A DNA stretch of 64,000 nucleotides from contig NC_045697.1 of assembly GCF_009834535.1 (NCBI RefSeq), forward strand, positions 100,256,001 to 100,320,000, written 5' to 3'. The stretch is from Camelus ferus (Eukaryota). This document shows positions 13,200-27,384 of the stretch, in pieces (the first letter of the stretch is position 1; every line of letters starts with the position of its first letter). A model generated the notes under the pieces. It did not search any database. It was not told the DNA's origin and worked only from the letters and a program-made list of their open reading frames with translations. The translations under genes and the position numbers were made by a program.

Positions 13200-13620
13200 A
13201 ACAGTAAGCTCCACATTCCCTCGACGCATTGTTTTCCACTTTTAACATCTCTGAAATCATGTTCCTCACAACCGGTGGCATCTTCAAGCAGCCAGCTGTT
13301 GGGATGGGGTTAACAGGCTGCAACCCCTCAGCCAGAAAACGACTTAGAAACCATTCCAGGAGATGTTAGTGCTGATTATTGTCTGAAAACACTGTGATAC
13401 TTTCTTGAAGATGAAGAAAATGCCAGCGCTGGATCTCAGAAATTCAGTGGAATTCTAGAGGCGTAAGCAGAGTTCTTTTATGAAATGCCGTACCCTCTGA
13501 GCTCTTCTTGAAGGCACAGATGACAACAGTGTAGAAAACATGGGTTCTGACACCCTACACTGAAAAATGATTCAGGAGCATCGCACTTTTATATGGACAG
13601 TTAGATCTGTGTTTTCCTTT
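13200..13620 (+). mobile_element. Kanga/MER104-like TcMar-Tc2 DNA transposon fossil
   Basis: The 5' part, cacttttaacatctctgaaatc...acaaccggtggcatctt, resembles the MER104/Kanga1 end. 13474-13527 translates SFMKCRTL*ALLEGTDDN, like the SFKKCxIxNALDGTEDD C-terminal motif of pogo/Tc2 transposases. Confidence 0.6.
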
Positions 13621-16600
13621 CCATTTCACAAGGACTAGGTTGACCTGAAAGTCGAGGTTAGAAACCTCCAAAAGCCGTTTTGGACTTCTGACCCACTCAT
13701 CTCAGCCAACACAGACTGGCCCTTGAAAACATGTCAAATTATTTTTTCCAGTTGTTCTTTGATAATCACAAGGATGGAGTTTTCTTTCAGGATTTCCTTC
13801 AAAAATCTATTCTGCAACGGCCTAACTCTAATAGGAATTTCTCTTCTTGAAATGGAGACTTTTGGGGGGGGTGCCTCCTCTTTCTCTTGTCCCCATTTCA
13901 TTATGTTTGCCCCTCTTTATACAGTTATACTGAAAAGGAATCCTAAGATTCATTATTTCTAGTTTTAATATAATTTTGTATGATGACCATACTTATTACT
14001 GCTGGTCTAAAAGGGTGAAAAAAATATTACTTTCCAAAGAGCTGGCACCAGGATTACTCTAAAGATGGGAACTACCTTTGCTTGGGGCAGGAGATGAAAG
14101 AACTCAAGAACAGAGTGTCCACAGCTTCCAAAGCTCCAGGGAAGAGGGTGAAACTGTTGTGCAACAAACTAGGAGGGAAACACATTGTTCTGGAGCAGCA
14201 GCTGTAGGAGAAAGAGGGCAGGGAGAGGAGCCAGGGGAAAAACTGAAGACTAGACTCTGCACGGGAAAGAGAAGGAGCAAGAGGAATTTCCGGTTAGTGG
14301 TGGTCAAACTCCTGCTCGGCCACCACAGGAACTGTCCTCCAGCCGTGTGCCTCACACCAAGAATAAGGGGATGGGGCTCCTGAGAAGTCTTTTGAGAAAC
14401 CACATGAGAAAGCGCAAGGGCTGGTAAGGACTATTTTGTCTTCTGAGGCAATATTTCCTTCAAGGGAGCAGATGGACACATCAGGGACCAGAGATGCAGG
14501 TGTGAACACAGGGTGACACCAGGGAGTGAATGACACAATGGCAATGACCAGGATGTGTCACCCACCCACGTCACCAAAGATGAAAAAAGAAATCTTTCCA
14601 GAACAAAAATATCTAAGATGCAATATTGACTACACAGTATGTAAAATCCTGTACACTAGAACAAGAGTATGATTGCATGTGTGTGTGTTTGTGTGTTTGT
14701 GAGTGTGTGAGAAGAGACACTTCATAGTCTTTGTCTTGGGGAGGGGAGGAGTGGGAGGGGAGGGGGAGAAAAGGAAGAGGAGGATGGGGGAGGGGAGGAG
14801 GAGGGGAAAAGAGAGAGTCTGAAACCCAATTAGGGTTAGCTCACCCTGCTGTAAAACAGACGGCAGGAAAGGTCTCATGATAACCATGAAAACATAAGTT
14901 CCCTGGAAAGCTCAAAAAATCCCAGAGGAGGATTTGACCTTTCATAGGACCCAGAATGATGACTCAAACCTCCATCATGCAGACCTCAAGAGACTGGGAG
15001 TCCCCAGCTGGTACCTGGATTTTACTTCTCTACCCAAACACTGTTTGCAAAACTCTATAGAGTGTGCTAATGGTGTTCTGGTCTTTATACACGTACGAAC
15101 GCCTTCAAGTTCTTTCAAAATCTTTCCCAAGGACAGCAGTAATTTCCATAAAGAAATGTATAATTCTCTTTTGGAAGAACAGAGTGGGGGATTTTCATCT
15201 CCAATTGGAGAAGGAATTCTGGAATGGATTCTGGAATCCTTTCACAAATGGAGAGATGTAATATTTTTTTCTTTCTACCACATCCAAAGTGACAATCACA
15301 AATCTACTATTAGGTAAGTAATGGCATCAGGGGTGTTCAGACCTTCTTGTTGCAAACTGATCCAACATAGCACACGGTCAACACAAGCACGTGATTTTAC
15401 TGCACTCGTTCTGTTTCTGACATTTTCCAGCCGCAGATGGTAACTCGGGAGCCACCTGACTGAGGGTAGCACACAAGGGTGCACCCTAGGGACATGGACA
15501 TATTTTTATGATAAGCTTTTAAGCAAATCCACAGAAGGTGTATAAACAAAACCACAGTTTAGTCTCTTTCCAAGGCCTTTCTCTACCAATACTGTTAACT
15601 ACATCAGTACTGTTAACAAGTAGAAAAAGTACTGGTTAGGATTTCACTGCTTAGTTGACTCTTCTGAAAAAAAAAAAAAAAACAAACCAAATAAACAAAA
15701 AACCTAGAATGAGCAAAAGACGTAAAATGTAAGAAATCAGAAGGAAAGCAAGAACCTGTACACCAGATAACTGCTCCCTGCCCCTTTCTTTTCCTAAAGG
15801 CCACGAACACGTCAACCTTTCAGCACACACACTCAGCCAGATAGCCACCATCCGCCTTCCCTGACCACGCCAGGGAGCAGTTGGAGGCCTGCTGTTTCCC
15901 TATTAACAGAGAAGAGGATGATGTCACATTCACCCCGTCACTGGGAAATTCCTACCTAAGTGGTGGTGTTTACAGATGCGATCCAGAAACCTCTCTACAG
16001 CAGCCGGGCTCAGCTGGACCTCAGCCCAGTGGCTGCAAGCATAGGTGAGTCTGCTGCTAATTTGTGAGGGAGGAAGGGCCTTTTAACTGCTGAATTTACA
16101 AAGCCATGTTGGGGAAATATATCTCAGATCATGGAGTGAACTGTACACTGTTTACCAAGCAGTGGTCTTCAGTAAATAACAGAATAATAATGGTAGAACT
16201 AAAAACTGCAGATAATTAGAGTGTGGTTCTAGTGTTACGACAGTGCTTCCTTGCAAGGTATTACTAAAACATAGCCTGGAAAGAGCAGGGGTCCAGTTTC
16301 CAGCCCACAAGCTCTTTCTTCTTGTCCTCGATCCTCTGTCATAGACTCATTCACTCCCATTTCTCAGATGCTCCCAGAATGAAGATACCAATGACAGAAT
16401 CTTCATCTCGCCGTCCTCTGGGGTTTGGAGATTAAAGCATAGTCTTCCTCCTTGACTCTGGGCTCCACCAACAGTACTCACATTGCTCTAGAGATTCTGG
16501 ATCCCATCTGCCCGTTTGCAAGACATGAAATTGCTGGAGACCCTTCTCCAGGGTGAACACACAGCCATCTGTCTCTGCTAAAAACTGTGAACACCTCTGC

Positions 16601-18241
16601 ACCGTCGAGGGAGAGTGGAAGAGAGTCTCCTGGCTTTAGTTCAGGAAAGACTAGCTTCCAAGTTGTGAAGGCATCCCCTTTACCTAGAAGCCCTTACGTG
16701 TGAGCTTCTATTACCAAACATCTCGGCGGCGGCAGGGACCGGCCGGCTCCGTAGCTGCTGGGTACAGGGCAGGTTACACAGGGTCATAAGGCTTGACACT
16801 GGGGACACTTCTGTAGAGGAAAACCTGGTGGACCACTGGGACATTGTTGAAGATCTTAGCGTCTAAATCCATTGTGACCTTTCACACACACACGTGGATA
16901 TGTAACAAAATACAAGTTTTGCAAAATAATAGCTATCTGTATGAGACGCAGGGAACTGTAATAGTGTCCTCTCCAGTTTCACTTTTAGGAGCGCAATATC
17001 ACCTCCCAAACGCAGTTTTTTTGAATTGCAATTAGAAAAACAATATAAAAGGTTCATGAGACAGGTGGAAATATAATTAAATTGATCTGTTTATAGGAAA
17101 TCTCAGAAGCACTAGTGTGGAGGTTTGCGAAATCAAGCTCTGTTCCCTGAGGTACTAGAATGATTCCCTTTGTACAAAATTCCAAAAAACAAAAGTCTGG
17201 GCATGTCCACTGAATTTTTATGAAAGAGTAAGTCAGTAAGACTGCAGGGTGAGAAAGTAATGTTTTACTTCAGTTCTGAACAAACCCAGAATAATTTAAT
17301 AAGGTTACACTGCAATAGGGAAACACTTGATGAAGATGGTGTGTTCGGATCCAGGGTTTTAAAGGGAAGAAGAGGTGAGGAGGTTTGGGGGCACAAGAGG
17401 ACAGGAGCGAAGGTCAAATGTTCTTGGTTTGTGCACATCACCTAATTGGCTCACTCCTGAATCCAGTGGAGAACGTTGGCAGCTGCTGCTTGGAGCACAA
17501 AGAGAACAAAGACTCTAGCAATTCAAGTCAGAGGTCACCAGCAAAGAGCCAAAAAGACATCTGTTCATCCTTATTACATGGGTTCCAAGCATAACCACAG
17601 GAGCCTTCTTCCCAACGGCTTACACCAACATCATCACCCAGTAAAATAAATTCTCAGTGCAGAAACCTCGGTCTTCTCTCTGTGTTGAATCATCTCCAAT
17701 AAAGCTAACAGCAGTGGGAGCTGAGTAGCAATTCGGCAGCAGAAGAGCTATGAAATGTTGCTATTCTTAAAGCGGGGGGAAAATTGTTCATTAAAATATT
17801 ACAAGTTTCCAATGACTAGATTTTGCCTTTAGATTTCTTTATCCTTTAGGAATGGTGCATTCAAGCTTGTGCAAAACATGGCTTCCACCTCTCTGAAGTC
17901 TCCAACAAATGACACCCTGCCTAATAACTTGGTGATTCCACTCTGTGCCCCAAATCCAAATTGGCTGCAGACACAAGAAGAGCCCAAACTGTCAAACTCT
18001 TTTTGCAAAAACAAAAACAAAAGAAAAAAAAAGTACGGTTGCTGAAATGCCAGTCTTTGCAATGGCATAGACAATGGTCATTCAGATGATGAAGATTCTA
18101 AAGTATGAGTTTATATCTTTGTGAGTTTGAAAAGAATGTCTAAGTTGAAATCATCCTAGTGGGACCTAAGTAGAAACTTGGGCACTTTCAATATCATCAG
18201 AGTGACCTATTTTCTTCCTCCCTCCCTCTCCCCCTCTCTCT

Positions 18242-18244
<3 letters not shown>

Positions 18245-18284
<40 letters not shown>
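18245..18284. repeat. (AC)20 microsatellite
   Basis: Direct count, perfect repeat. Confidence 0.95.
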
Positions 18285-18286
<2 letters not shown>

Positions 18287-18719
18287 CTACACCTCTATAC
18301 TCCAGACATTATTTATCTCCATCATGATTTGGCATCCAAATACTAATATGATGGTTGTGCACTGCCCTCGTTTTTATAATTCCAGCCCTGTACACCTATG
18401 GTACAGAAGTTAAATTTAGAGTCTCCTGAATTCTATAGAGTCTATACAACCCAACCACTAGGAATTTCTTTCTGGAGATTTGGAGATTTAAATGCCAGGA
18501 TTAGAAACGGCAGTACCAAATCCATACCCATAAACACGGAAAGGCTTCTGGTCATGGTTTTGTGAATTAAAGGATTTCTCTAGATTGGACTATTTACCTA
18601 ATATTGCGATTTGCTGTTGGGTGACTCTAGAGAAAACTCCCAAATTCAGGGCCAGACTGCTAACTGGATGGGACTTTTGACATCATCTAGTCCAAGTGCA
18701 TCATAGCACATCAAATCCA

Positions 18720-20230
18720 ACAGCTGCAGCCTTTTGACCTCTTAGCAACATCTGGCATCATGTGTCTCTTGACTGAAATTCCCTCATTTCTAGGTTTCCC
18801 CAGTTTTAGTTATCTTGGCTTTCTTCTAATCAAAAACACTCCTTTCCACTACCAACTCCCCAAATGCTGCACTGCTTGCCCTCTGTTCTGTGTGCTCACC
18901 TGACTCCTCCTTGGTGTGGGTCTCATCCACCCTCACAGATTCAACCCTCGGGATTACGTTAGTGGAGCCAACAGCTATGTGTCCAGCCTCCAGGATCTCA
19001 AGCACAACATGCCCAACCCTGAATCCACACTTTCCTTCCTTCCAAACCTCTTCTTCTTGTTGTTCTCTTTTAATGTCACTCATCCATTCACCCACCCCAA
19101 AATGTCATTTTTTTCAGTCCACCCTCTTTTTGACATCAGTTTCTGGAAATTGTTTCTGAAATCTGTATTGTTATCAGCTTCATAATTATCATTCTCTAAA
19201 ACCAATTTCTCCTGCATACATTCCTCATTACAGCTAGGACAATGACTTTCTCAAATAGAGCTCTGACAATGTTTGCTTAAAAACCTATCAATCACTACCG
19301 GAAAATGCCCAACTTCCTTCACACCCTTCTCATCTCAAACAATTTTCTAGTCTCGTCTCACCATACGACCCATGTACTCATCACTCAGGCCCACTCGCCT
19401 TCTCTCAGGAACCAAATATATGGTCTCCTCTGTTTAAAGTACTCCCAACTTCTACTTTGTCCACAACTCTGATTACTTCAAAATGTCACAATGGAATATG
19501 TATATATTTATGCACACACAATGGAATACAGCTAGCCATAAAAAAGAATGAAATAATGCCATTTGCAGCAACATGGATGGACCTAGAGATTATCATACTA
19601 AGTGAAGTAAGTCAGATTGAGAAAAACAAATATCATGGAATATCATTTATATATGGACTCTAAAAAAATGAGACAAGTGAACTTATTTACAAAACAGAAA
19701 CAGACTCACAGACATAGAAAACAAACATGGTTACCAAAGCGGAAGAGAGGGGGATAAATTAGGAGTTTGGTGTTAGCAGATATACACTACTATATATAAA
19801 GCAGATAAACAACAAGGTTCTAATGTATAGCACAGGAAACTATATTCAATATTTTGTAATAACCTGTAATGAAAAAGAATGTGAAAACAAACATATATGT
19901 ATAACTGAGTCACTCTGCTTTACACAAGAAACTAACACAGCACTGTAAACCAGCTATACATCAATAAAAATAAAATACCACCTCCTCTATAAAGCCTTCT
20001 TCAAGTCTCCAGGCACACTTAACCACTCCCGGGGGTTCCTGTAGTACTTTGTTCACACTAACAATAGCACACATGGACTATACCCTTCTTGTCTGTTACA
20101 TGGTAACCTGCTTTAGGGGGAAAAATAGTATCTTACTTTGTATAGCTAGGATTTAGTACACCCATCCACATAATGATATGACAGGCAAGCACAACGCCTG
20201 ACTCACAGTAAAGTCTTGACAAATGTTAGT
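18720..20230 (+). mobile_element. LINE-2 fragment, interrupted by an L1 3' end at 19490-19971
   Basis: L2-like gtccagcctccaggatctcaagcacaacatgccca, and caaaatgtcac...ctcctctataaagccttc rejoined across the L1. Confidence 0.6.
19490..19971 (+). mobile_element. 5'-truncated L1 3' end (artiodactyl type) with probable TSD
   Basis: gccataaaaaagaatgaaataatgccatttgcagcaacatggatggacctagagattatcatactaagtgaagtaag...caataaaaa; TSD aaaatgtcac (19480-19489) / aaaataccac (19972-19981). Confidence 0.92.
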
Positions 20231-23200
20231 TTCCTTTTGCACATAATGATGCTCGGGTGACAATGATGCATGCAAGTGGTTGTGAAGTGTGCTACATCAT
20301 CTGACCGTGGTCCCACGCCATATGGACTCCATGAAACGGGGATTTTACCTGTATGGTGTACTACCCTCTTTTCTATATGAGTAGAATTACCAAGAAAACT
20401 AGGGAAAAAAAATCAAACCATGTTAACTAGCTATTAATTCATCCATTCAGATGGGAGCTAGAAATATTTATTTTTTTTCTTTTGTTGAATTGTTAAAATG
20501 TCATTACACTGGACTGAAGCCCAGGTAGAAAGTTGGCCAGTTTTGTTTTGTCAGACCTCCTGGTTGTCTTCCGGCACATCCCAGCATGTCAACACCATCT
20601 TCTATTACCATCAGCAGGGTTCACACTGCGTTAACTTGCTCCAGCTCTCTCACCCCTTTCCTAATCTCTGAAGCTCTCCTCTCACAGGGATGTTGCTGCA
20701 GTTCCCTCTTTAGCCTATCATTCAGGGAGGAACACTGTGAAACACTCTCTCCAAATATAGCTCCCATCTCTGCTGTGCTCTTGGCTGGCACCCACTTCCA
20801 ACCTGAGAAGTACATTTGCTTACACCTGTTGGGGTAGACCAGACTTTGTCGCTCCTCCAACTGGGTTCATTCTTACCTACATACCTTTGTTGGTACCAGT
20901 ATGCTTTTATATTGTTTTCTTTACATATTTTTCTAGTTTAATACTGTATTCTATTTCAATAACATGATTTCAATAAATCCCATGTCTCTCCAGCTACACA
21001 GGGGTTCTTTGATTATGTACTGGAGGATTATCAACATTTGACAGTCATATTTAATAATAATTTCTTTAACACTTGCCCTGTGCCTGGTTCTACACTAAAT
21101 GCTTTACATGCATTCTTATTAACTCAACAAACTTATAGCAACAAGATGATGAAGAATCTTGGGCTGAAAATGCCAGTAGCGCCATGATTGAGAATTCTGA
21201 TTCAGAGGAAGTAGTCCTTCAATCTTGCACAGATAACATCCCTCCCAACCACACTCATCACCTGCCGTGTGTGTGGTCTCCAGCAAGGCACTGAACTCTT
21301 GGGGCTTCGTGATTTTCGCTGATAAAATGATTAACTCATACTTTTTATCAATAAGATAAAATAGACTTGATCTGTAAAATCTTTCCTTTCAAAAAAGTTC
21401 TGTTTTTATTTTGTGGTTAATTTTAAAACAAAATAACATCTTGGTAATTTTGATAATACAGAGAAAAACTAATGATAAATCCATTGGCCTCTAGGCAGAC
21501 GTAAGCTCACATTGTGAGGCCCCTTTTGGCCTGCTTGTCTGGAGAGATTCGCACAGCTGGTAAAACAGTGTATGTATATGAAGAAAAAAGTTTTAAGGAA
21601 TACTTACCAATAAGAACCTTACAAGTGAAGATACTACGATTTACATGAAAATAAGCAACAAAAGGGAACACTAAATACAGACGGATGACCGAGCCTGAGA
21701 AATCACAAACGCAATTAAAGAAAATCTTATTTAAAATCAAGGATGTAGCAATTTAATGAGCAAGCAAAACTGCTCTGGGATTATGGAAATCAGGCATCAT
21801 CCAAGTCTAATTAAAATTCTGAACTATATACTATATATGTATATACACACATTCAAAAAAAAAATCCCCAAGACAGTAACAGAGTCATTCTTTGATTTTT
21901 GATCTTAAGATGTTTTTCAGGTAAATGGGATTTGATATTGGTTTGCAAATATTCCCATAGTAATTACGAATTTAGGCAAATCAAAATAGGGTAAATGTAA
22001 AGGAAAAGATTTATTTATAGAACTCAAAACAACATTTAGTGGTAGAAATTTGCATAGACCCTTTTACTTCAGTAACATTATAACAGGAGCCTAACTCAAT
22101 TCTCTAAGAACATTAGCATTTTTAACTAATGGGGAACACATCCCTTTGAGAGCTATAACTGCTCTTTAAGCCAAAATATACAGACAGGACTATAGTAGAA
22201 CCAAAGACATTACCATATCCACAGAGGGAAGGTCTGACTTGTGGATTAAACCCACAGCAGTTTGTACTTTATACGTCAGTAAGAAATATTTCTCAAGCAA
22301 CAAAAGAATTGCATTGCTGTAAATACGCACTTTAAGAACAATAGCAAATTACTGTTACCTAATTTTTATGGGAAACAATGTTTCCAGACAAATTACCTTT
22401 AAAGAAGTTTCTTTTTGTTCCCCCTTCATAAAACAATACATTGAAGCATAAAAATTAGTACAAAGTCAAAGAAATTCTACATGCCTCTCAATATAACTAA
22501 AACGTATACAGATCTGAACTGAAATACCAGCTTTACTTTTTTGTTCATCTGTGACTCTGGGCAAGTTTCCAACTCCCGGGGTGTGTGAAAGGAGTGAAGT
22601 GAGAGAGACACCCAGTGCAGTGCCCGGAGCCGTGTGTCTTCAGAACGCGTGCTGATTCTCTTCCTTCTAATATTTATTCAACCCAGCAAAGGTTCGCTGA
22701 GCTCCTCTAATGAATGAGGTGATGAATTTAACATAGAAAGCCTAGAACCAGAAGAATTGGTTTACAGAAAGGATGTCTTAGCTTATTCAAAAAAGGAGAG
22801 CATTTTCCTCAGTGGTCTACCCTGGGAAGAAAAGGCAGGGCTCAGTGACTGTTCAGAACGGCCCGTGTGCCCCTCACACAGTGGCTGCTGACAGACTCCC
22901 CAGCTACCACCCCGTCATCTCCCTTGAAACTCTTTTGTCAGAGCTCCACAGGCCCAGGTCCCTGGGGACCTGGTGTCAGGACTGCTGTCTGACCCTAAGC
23001 TCATGAATACCAAGGCACAGTCTGGGTCTGTCCATCACTGAGTAGCCAGACACCACGACACCGGCAGGTGGAGAGGGTCAGGTCCCAACCACTAGCATTT
23101 GAACCCTGCTGCTCTGTGACCTTAGTACTGGGACAGGAAAGTTTAGGATGATCCCAGTTTCCTCAGATCTCAGGTTGTTCTTGGCCTGCAGCATGTGAGA

Positions 23201-24679
23201 TAACAGCAAACACAGTACACTGATGGGTGGCTTGCTACTTGGTGCTGAGGTAATCATACTTAAACTGCCTGCTAGCCACGGAAGGGCAGTGTCTGCTTCG
23301 CCAGAAATGCCCATTCCTCTGAAACAGATGGATGGAATCTGGGCTGAAACTCACCCAGAAGCACAGGACAGTGGAATCAATGCTCCAGGACAATGACTGG
23401 AACCATGCCCCCCCACCCCACCCCACCCCGGAGAGTGTGTCAACCTTCGGGACAACACATCGCTTAGCAACATGGTGCTTACCAAATAGGCCTGAATAAT
23501 GGCCTATTTCAGAACTACTGTTCCTTTAAAAAAAAATGCCCTATTTCAAGTACCAAAATCAATCAAGGGCCAAAGTGTAAGCTGTTTTTCTGTTTTCTTA
23601 TTTAAATTATTCTGGCGGTAAATGTGATAAACTGCAAACAGGAAACACAGCAGAATATATTTGCATGAGTCAATGAACCACAATTATTTTAACGCAACAG
23701 TGACAGCATGCCCTGTTCCAATATCTTAACCTACTCACAAATTTCCCTTTAATGTCAAAATATCACTTCTTCTGGCATGCACAAACTGTACTGTAGTGAT
23801 TATGGGCCACCTTTTCAAAGGCTAAATATAAAACTAGCAAGCAGGCTCATGGTTGTGCTATGGTTCAAAATGAATTCTAATTAGCTTCACTGAAGAAAAT
23901 GGCTTTTTCTCTTCTTACGTACAACGTAATGTATTTTTCACATGATGACTAAGTTAATGAAACACAGTCTTTTTATGAGTAATAAGCTAAGATATACTTA
24001 ATATAGTATCTCAGTAGAAAAGCACGTTGATTACTTTCAGACAGCAGCAAGCCAAATCACAAGAGTCACTTAGTTTTACCAAAGAGAATAAGACTTCCTA
24101 ATTTAGAAGACTCGAGTTTTAATTAGATGAATGGCTTTTCAAGACGGTGACAAAGGTCAAGAGGATAAAAGAGACTAATGACTTTTTAATCCGCAGACCT
24201 TGGATTGTAATAATGCATCACTTTGTGCTTTTTTTCTGAGCACGGCTCTGTGAGACGGACACAGACCTCCCCTGCACAGGTTTAGTGTTCACAAGGCGAG
24301 CCTCACGGGTGCTGATTATCTCCTTTGAACACTTGGTCTAAATGCCAGGTACCTTCCACCAGGTGGATGGCATCAAGATGGCCATGAGGAAGCAGAGCGA
24401 TTAGCTAATCTTACTACAGACAGGGAATCATTCAAGATGCCGGTGGCAGATCCCAACTTGAGGGGCTGGGCTCACACAACAGCTTCCCTCAGGAAGCTCG
24501 GTGTAGCAGGAGAGACAGCCAGGTAAGGAATTCCTCTCAATGAAGTTTTTAATTCCTCAAGTTAAATCTTGCCTTCAACATAAGGCAAATAAAGAGTAGG
24601 GAATTCAAAGTTGTTACTTCATCCCATACGTGAGCAATGCACCTGAGAACTGTGGATGGGTTCGTGGTCTACCATTTAC

Positions 24680-25970
24680 TTATCCACCCATATTCTCAAT
24701 AAATATTTACTGGACACCTTTTACTTGCCAGGCTCTGGGAATATAGCCGTTGACAAGACAAGAACCTTGCTTGCCCTTGTGCAGCTTATATTTTATAGGG
24801 GTGACAGACAGTCATCAAGTAAAAGAATGAAAGAAATAATATAACAATTTCAAATAGTGAAAGAGCTATGAAAAAAAAGAAGGGAGAACAAGGGAAGAGA
24901 AAATGGGCAGCAGATGAAGTTTTTTAACAAGGCCAGAAAAACTCAGAGGAAAGGGCAACTAAGCAGATCAGGAATACTATGGAGGGGTGAGCCAGGTAAA
25001 TATCACAGGAAACCAGCAAAAACTGACGCTGGTGACGGGTAACTCTCCCTGCTCACGTGAGTAATAAAACTCCATGATTTTTTTTATTGAAGTATATTTT
25101 ATTTACAATGTTGTGTTAGTTTCTGGTGTGCAGCATAGTGATTCAGTTATACATATACATATATATTCTTTTTCATATTCTTTTGCATCATAGGTTATTA
25201 CAAGATATTGAATGTTTCCTGTGCTATACAGTAGGACCTTATTGTTTATCTATTTTATATATGGTAGTGTGTATCTGCTAATCCAAAACTCTTAGTTTAT
25301 CCCCCTACTCCCCCCCAACCTGTAATCTTAAATGTGTTGTCTACATCTGTGTCTTTCTGTTCTGTAATTACTCTTTGCCGGAAGATATTTCCCTCAGCGT
25401 ACAGGGGGCAAAAGAGCATACCGAATCTTAAAAAAAAAAAGGTGGTTCAATAAAAGAGAAATAAATGCCTACCCAGATATTCTGGTTTGGGAGTCATTTT
25501 CACATACTGCAGAAGCATAAAGAGATGTCTGCTGTGTGAACAGTAATTCTATCCAAAAAACTGGGGGGAAAAGCGTGCCACAGCCCTGAGGTAGCAGCAG
25601 GTTGGGCGTATCTGAGGACTGGCGAGGAGACAAGAGGGATGGAGAGCGGTGAGAAGAAGCTGTTTGGGAAAAAATGTGGACAAGAGGCAGGGACCAAATC
25701 AGGTCAGACCCAGGGGGTGATAGCAAGAATCCTGACTCAGTTCCGAGCATGATACGAAGGCCCTGGAGGATTTAAGCAGGGGAGTAATGTCCTTTGATTT
25801 TTCAAAAGTTCCTTCTGTCTGCTGTCTGGGGAACAGGTTGCAGGGCGGGCATGGGAGCTGGTCACCAGCAGGAGGTGACAGCAGCCATCCAGGCTGAGAA
25901 GATGATGGCTGGGCTATTATCAGTGGGTGATAATAAAGGTGATAAGATGTCATCCGGTTCTGAATCGTGT
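24680..25970 (-). mobile_element. LINE-2 fragments flanking an L1 3' end
   Basis: caataaatatttactggacaccttttacttgccaggc (L2 3' end, antisense) and ggaggatttaagcaggggagtaatgt. Confidence 0.6.
25078..25367 (-). mobile_element. L1 3' end fragment
   Basis: Poly-T followed by attgaagtata...tttacaatgttgtgttagtttctggtgtgcagcatagtgattcag...ttcctgtgctatacagtaggacctt. Confidence 0.9.
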
Positions 25971-26828
25971 TTCTCTTGACCATAATTAGAGGTAACATGT
26001 ATTCAACATTCAGAGCTGCCCCTTTGCCGCAGTCTGGAGTGTAAGAGTTCACAGCAGCTCTGATGGGGCCACGTGAGGCTCGTTTCACAGGTGAAGGCTT
26101 GGGTTAACTGCTGGGTCCTGGAGCTTCCAGGCCCTCTCCGCCCAGCAGGACCCAAGTCTTGGAGGCTCCTTCACCACTGTAGTCACATTGTAGAATGGTG
26201 GAGTCTCACTCTCCTTACTGAATGACTTCAAACTCCTATCTCTAGCCTGATGTTGCCTTATGTCTCCCTGGCAAGTGACTCTACCAGTGTTCAGACCCAG
26301 GTCAATTGTGTACCAGAATCATCTTGTCCACCACCACCCTATACTGCCCCCCAAACTGGGTAATGACCACCATGATGAGCAAAATGGGGTCCTCCCTACT
26401 TGATAAAACTATCATGGGATTGCTACCTCTTATGCCAGAGGTCTGCAGTTGAGATAACGAACATTTAGCACATCAGTGAAATTCTGCCCAACTCAGTCAA
26501 AATGTCTAATCATTTCTGACTCATTATTGTACTCCTTGACTATTTTCCAGAAGTTTGCATGCTTTCCTCCACTTGCAGTGTTTGCCATTTGTTTGTCTTC
26601 TCACTAGTTTCCAAAGTCTGGTGCTTCTCAGTGAGTCACTCCTAATTTGTGTCCTGAGGTACTACTTAACTGTACAGACCATCGTTTTCATCATTACAAT
26701 TAATAAATTTAAAAGTCATTTTTTTTCATGTAGGATTTTGACATCATCAAAGGAAAAAACACTATTTCTTTCAGTAATTAATAAAGAACAGTGGGATGGC
26801 ACAGCAGAGGAAGACTTAAGACTCACCC

Positions 26829-26991
26829 CATGTGGTGGCTGTCAACCCCGGCCGCACATCAGAATCATGTGGAGAGTCCCGTCCCTCCACCACACACATT
26901 ACATCAGAATCTCTAAGGGTGGGACCTGGGCATCTGACATCTTTCAACTCCCGGGGCTTTTCTAATGGGCGGCCAGGACGGAGAATCACTG
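26829..26991. mobile_element. MER5A-like hAT-Charlie element
   Basis: catcagaatc...atcagaatctctaagggtgggacctgggcatctg...gagaatcactg. Confidence 0.65.
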
Positions 26992-27384
26992 ATCGAAACT
27001 AAGTTCCCCTCCAGGAACCTCCTGCTCATCATTTTCAAGTGAAAGAAAATGAGCCCCAGAGAGGGGAAGTGACTTACCAACGGTAAAGCCAATTTGAGGC
27101 AGACTCACAAATGAAACCCAAGTTTCCTAATTCCCTGTTCAATGTGCACTTACTGTCCCCAAGACACAAACGACTGTCAGGGAAACAATGGGGGTTTCAC
27201 CAGCTGTGAGCCTGGTGATTCTGTCACTGAGGCTTTATTCCCCTTTTGATTCTCCATCTTCAGTGTCTTGCCCCGGCTGCCAAACTAGTCTAGCTTGGAG
27301 CAAAGGGATGCAGAAAGCCAGTCCTAGGTCCCCACAGCAGCACCATCGGCTGAAAGATGCTCTCTGTTCCTCACAGGAGAGCTA

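Noticed and set aside
14934..15317. 127-aa intronic antisense ORF
   Set aside because: Non-ATG start and no recognisable family; length is within chance expectation.
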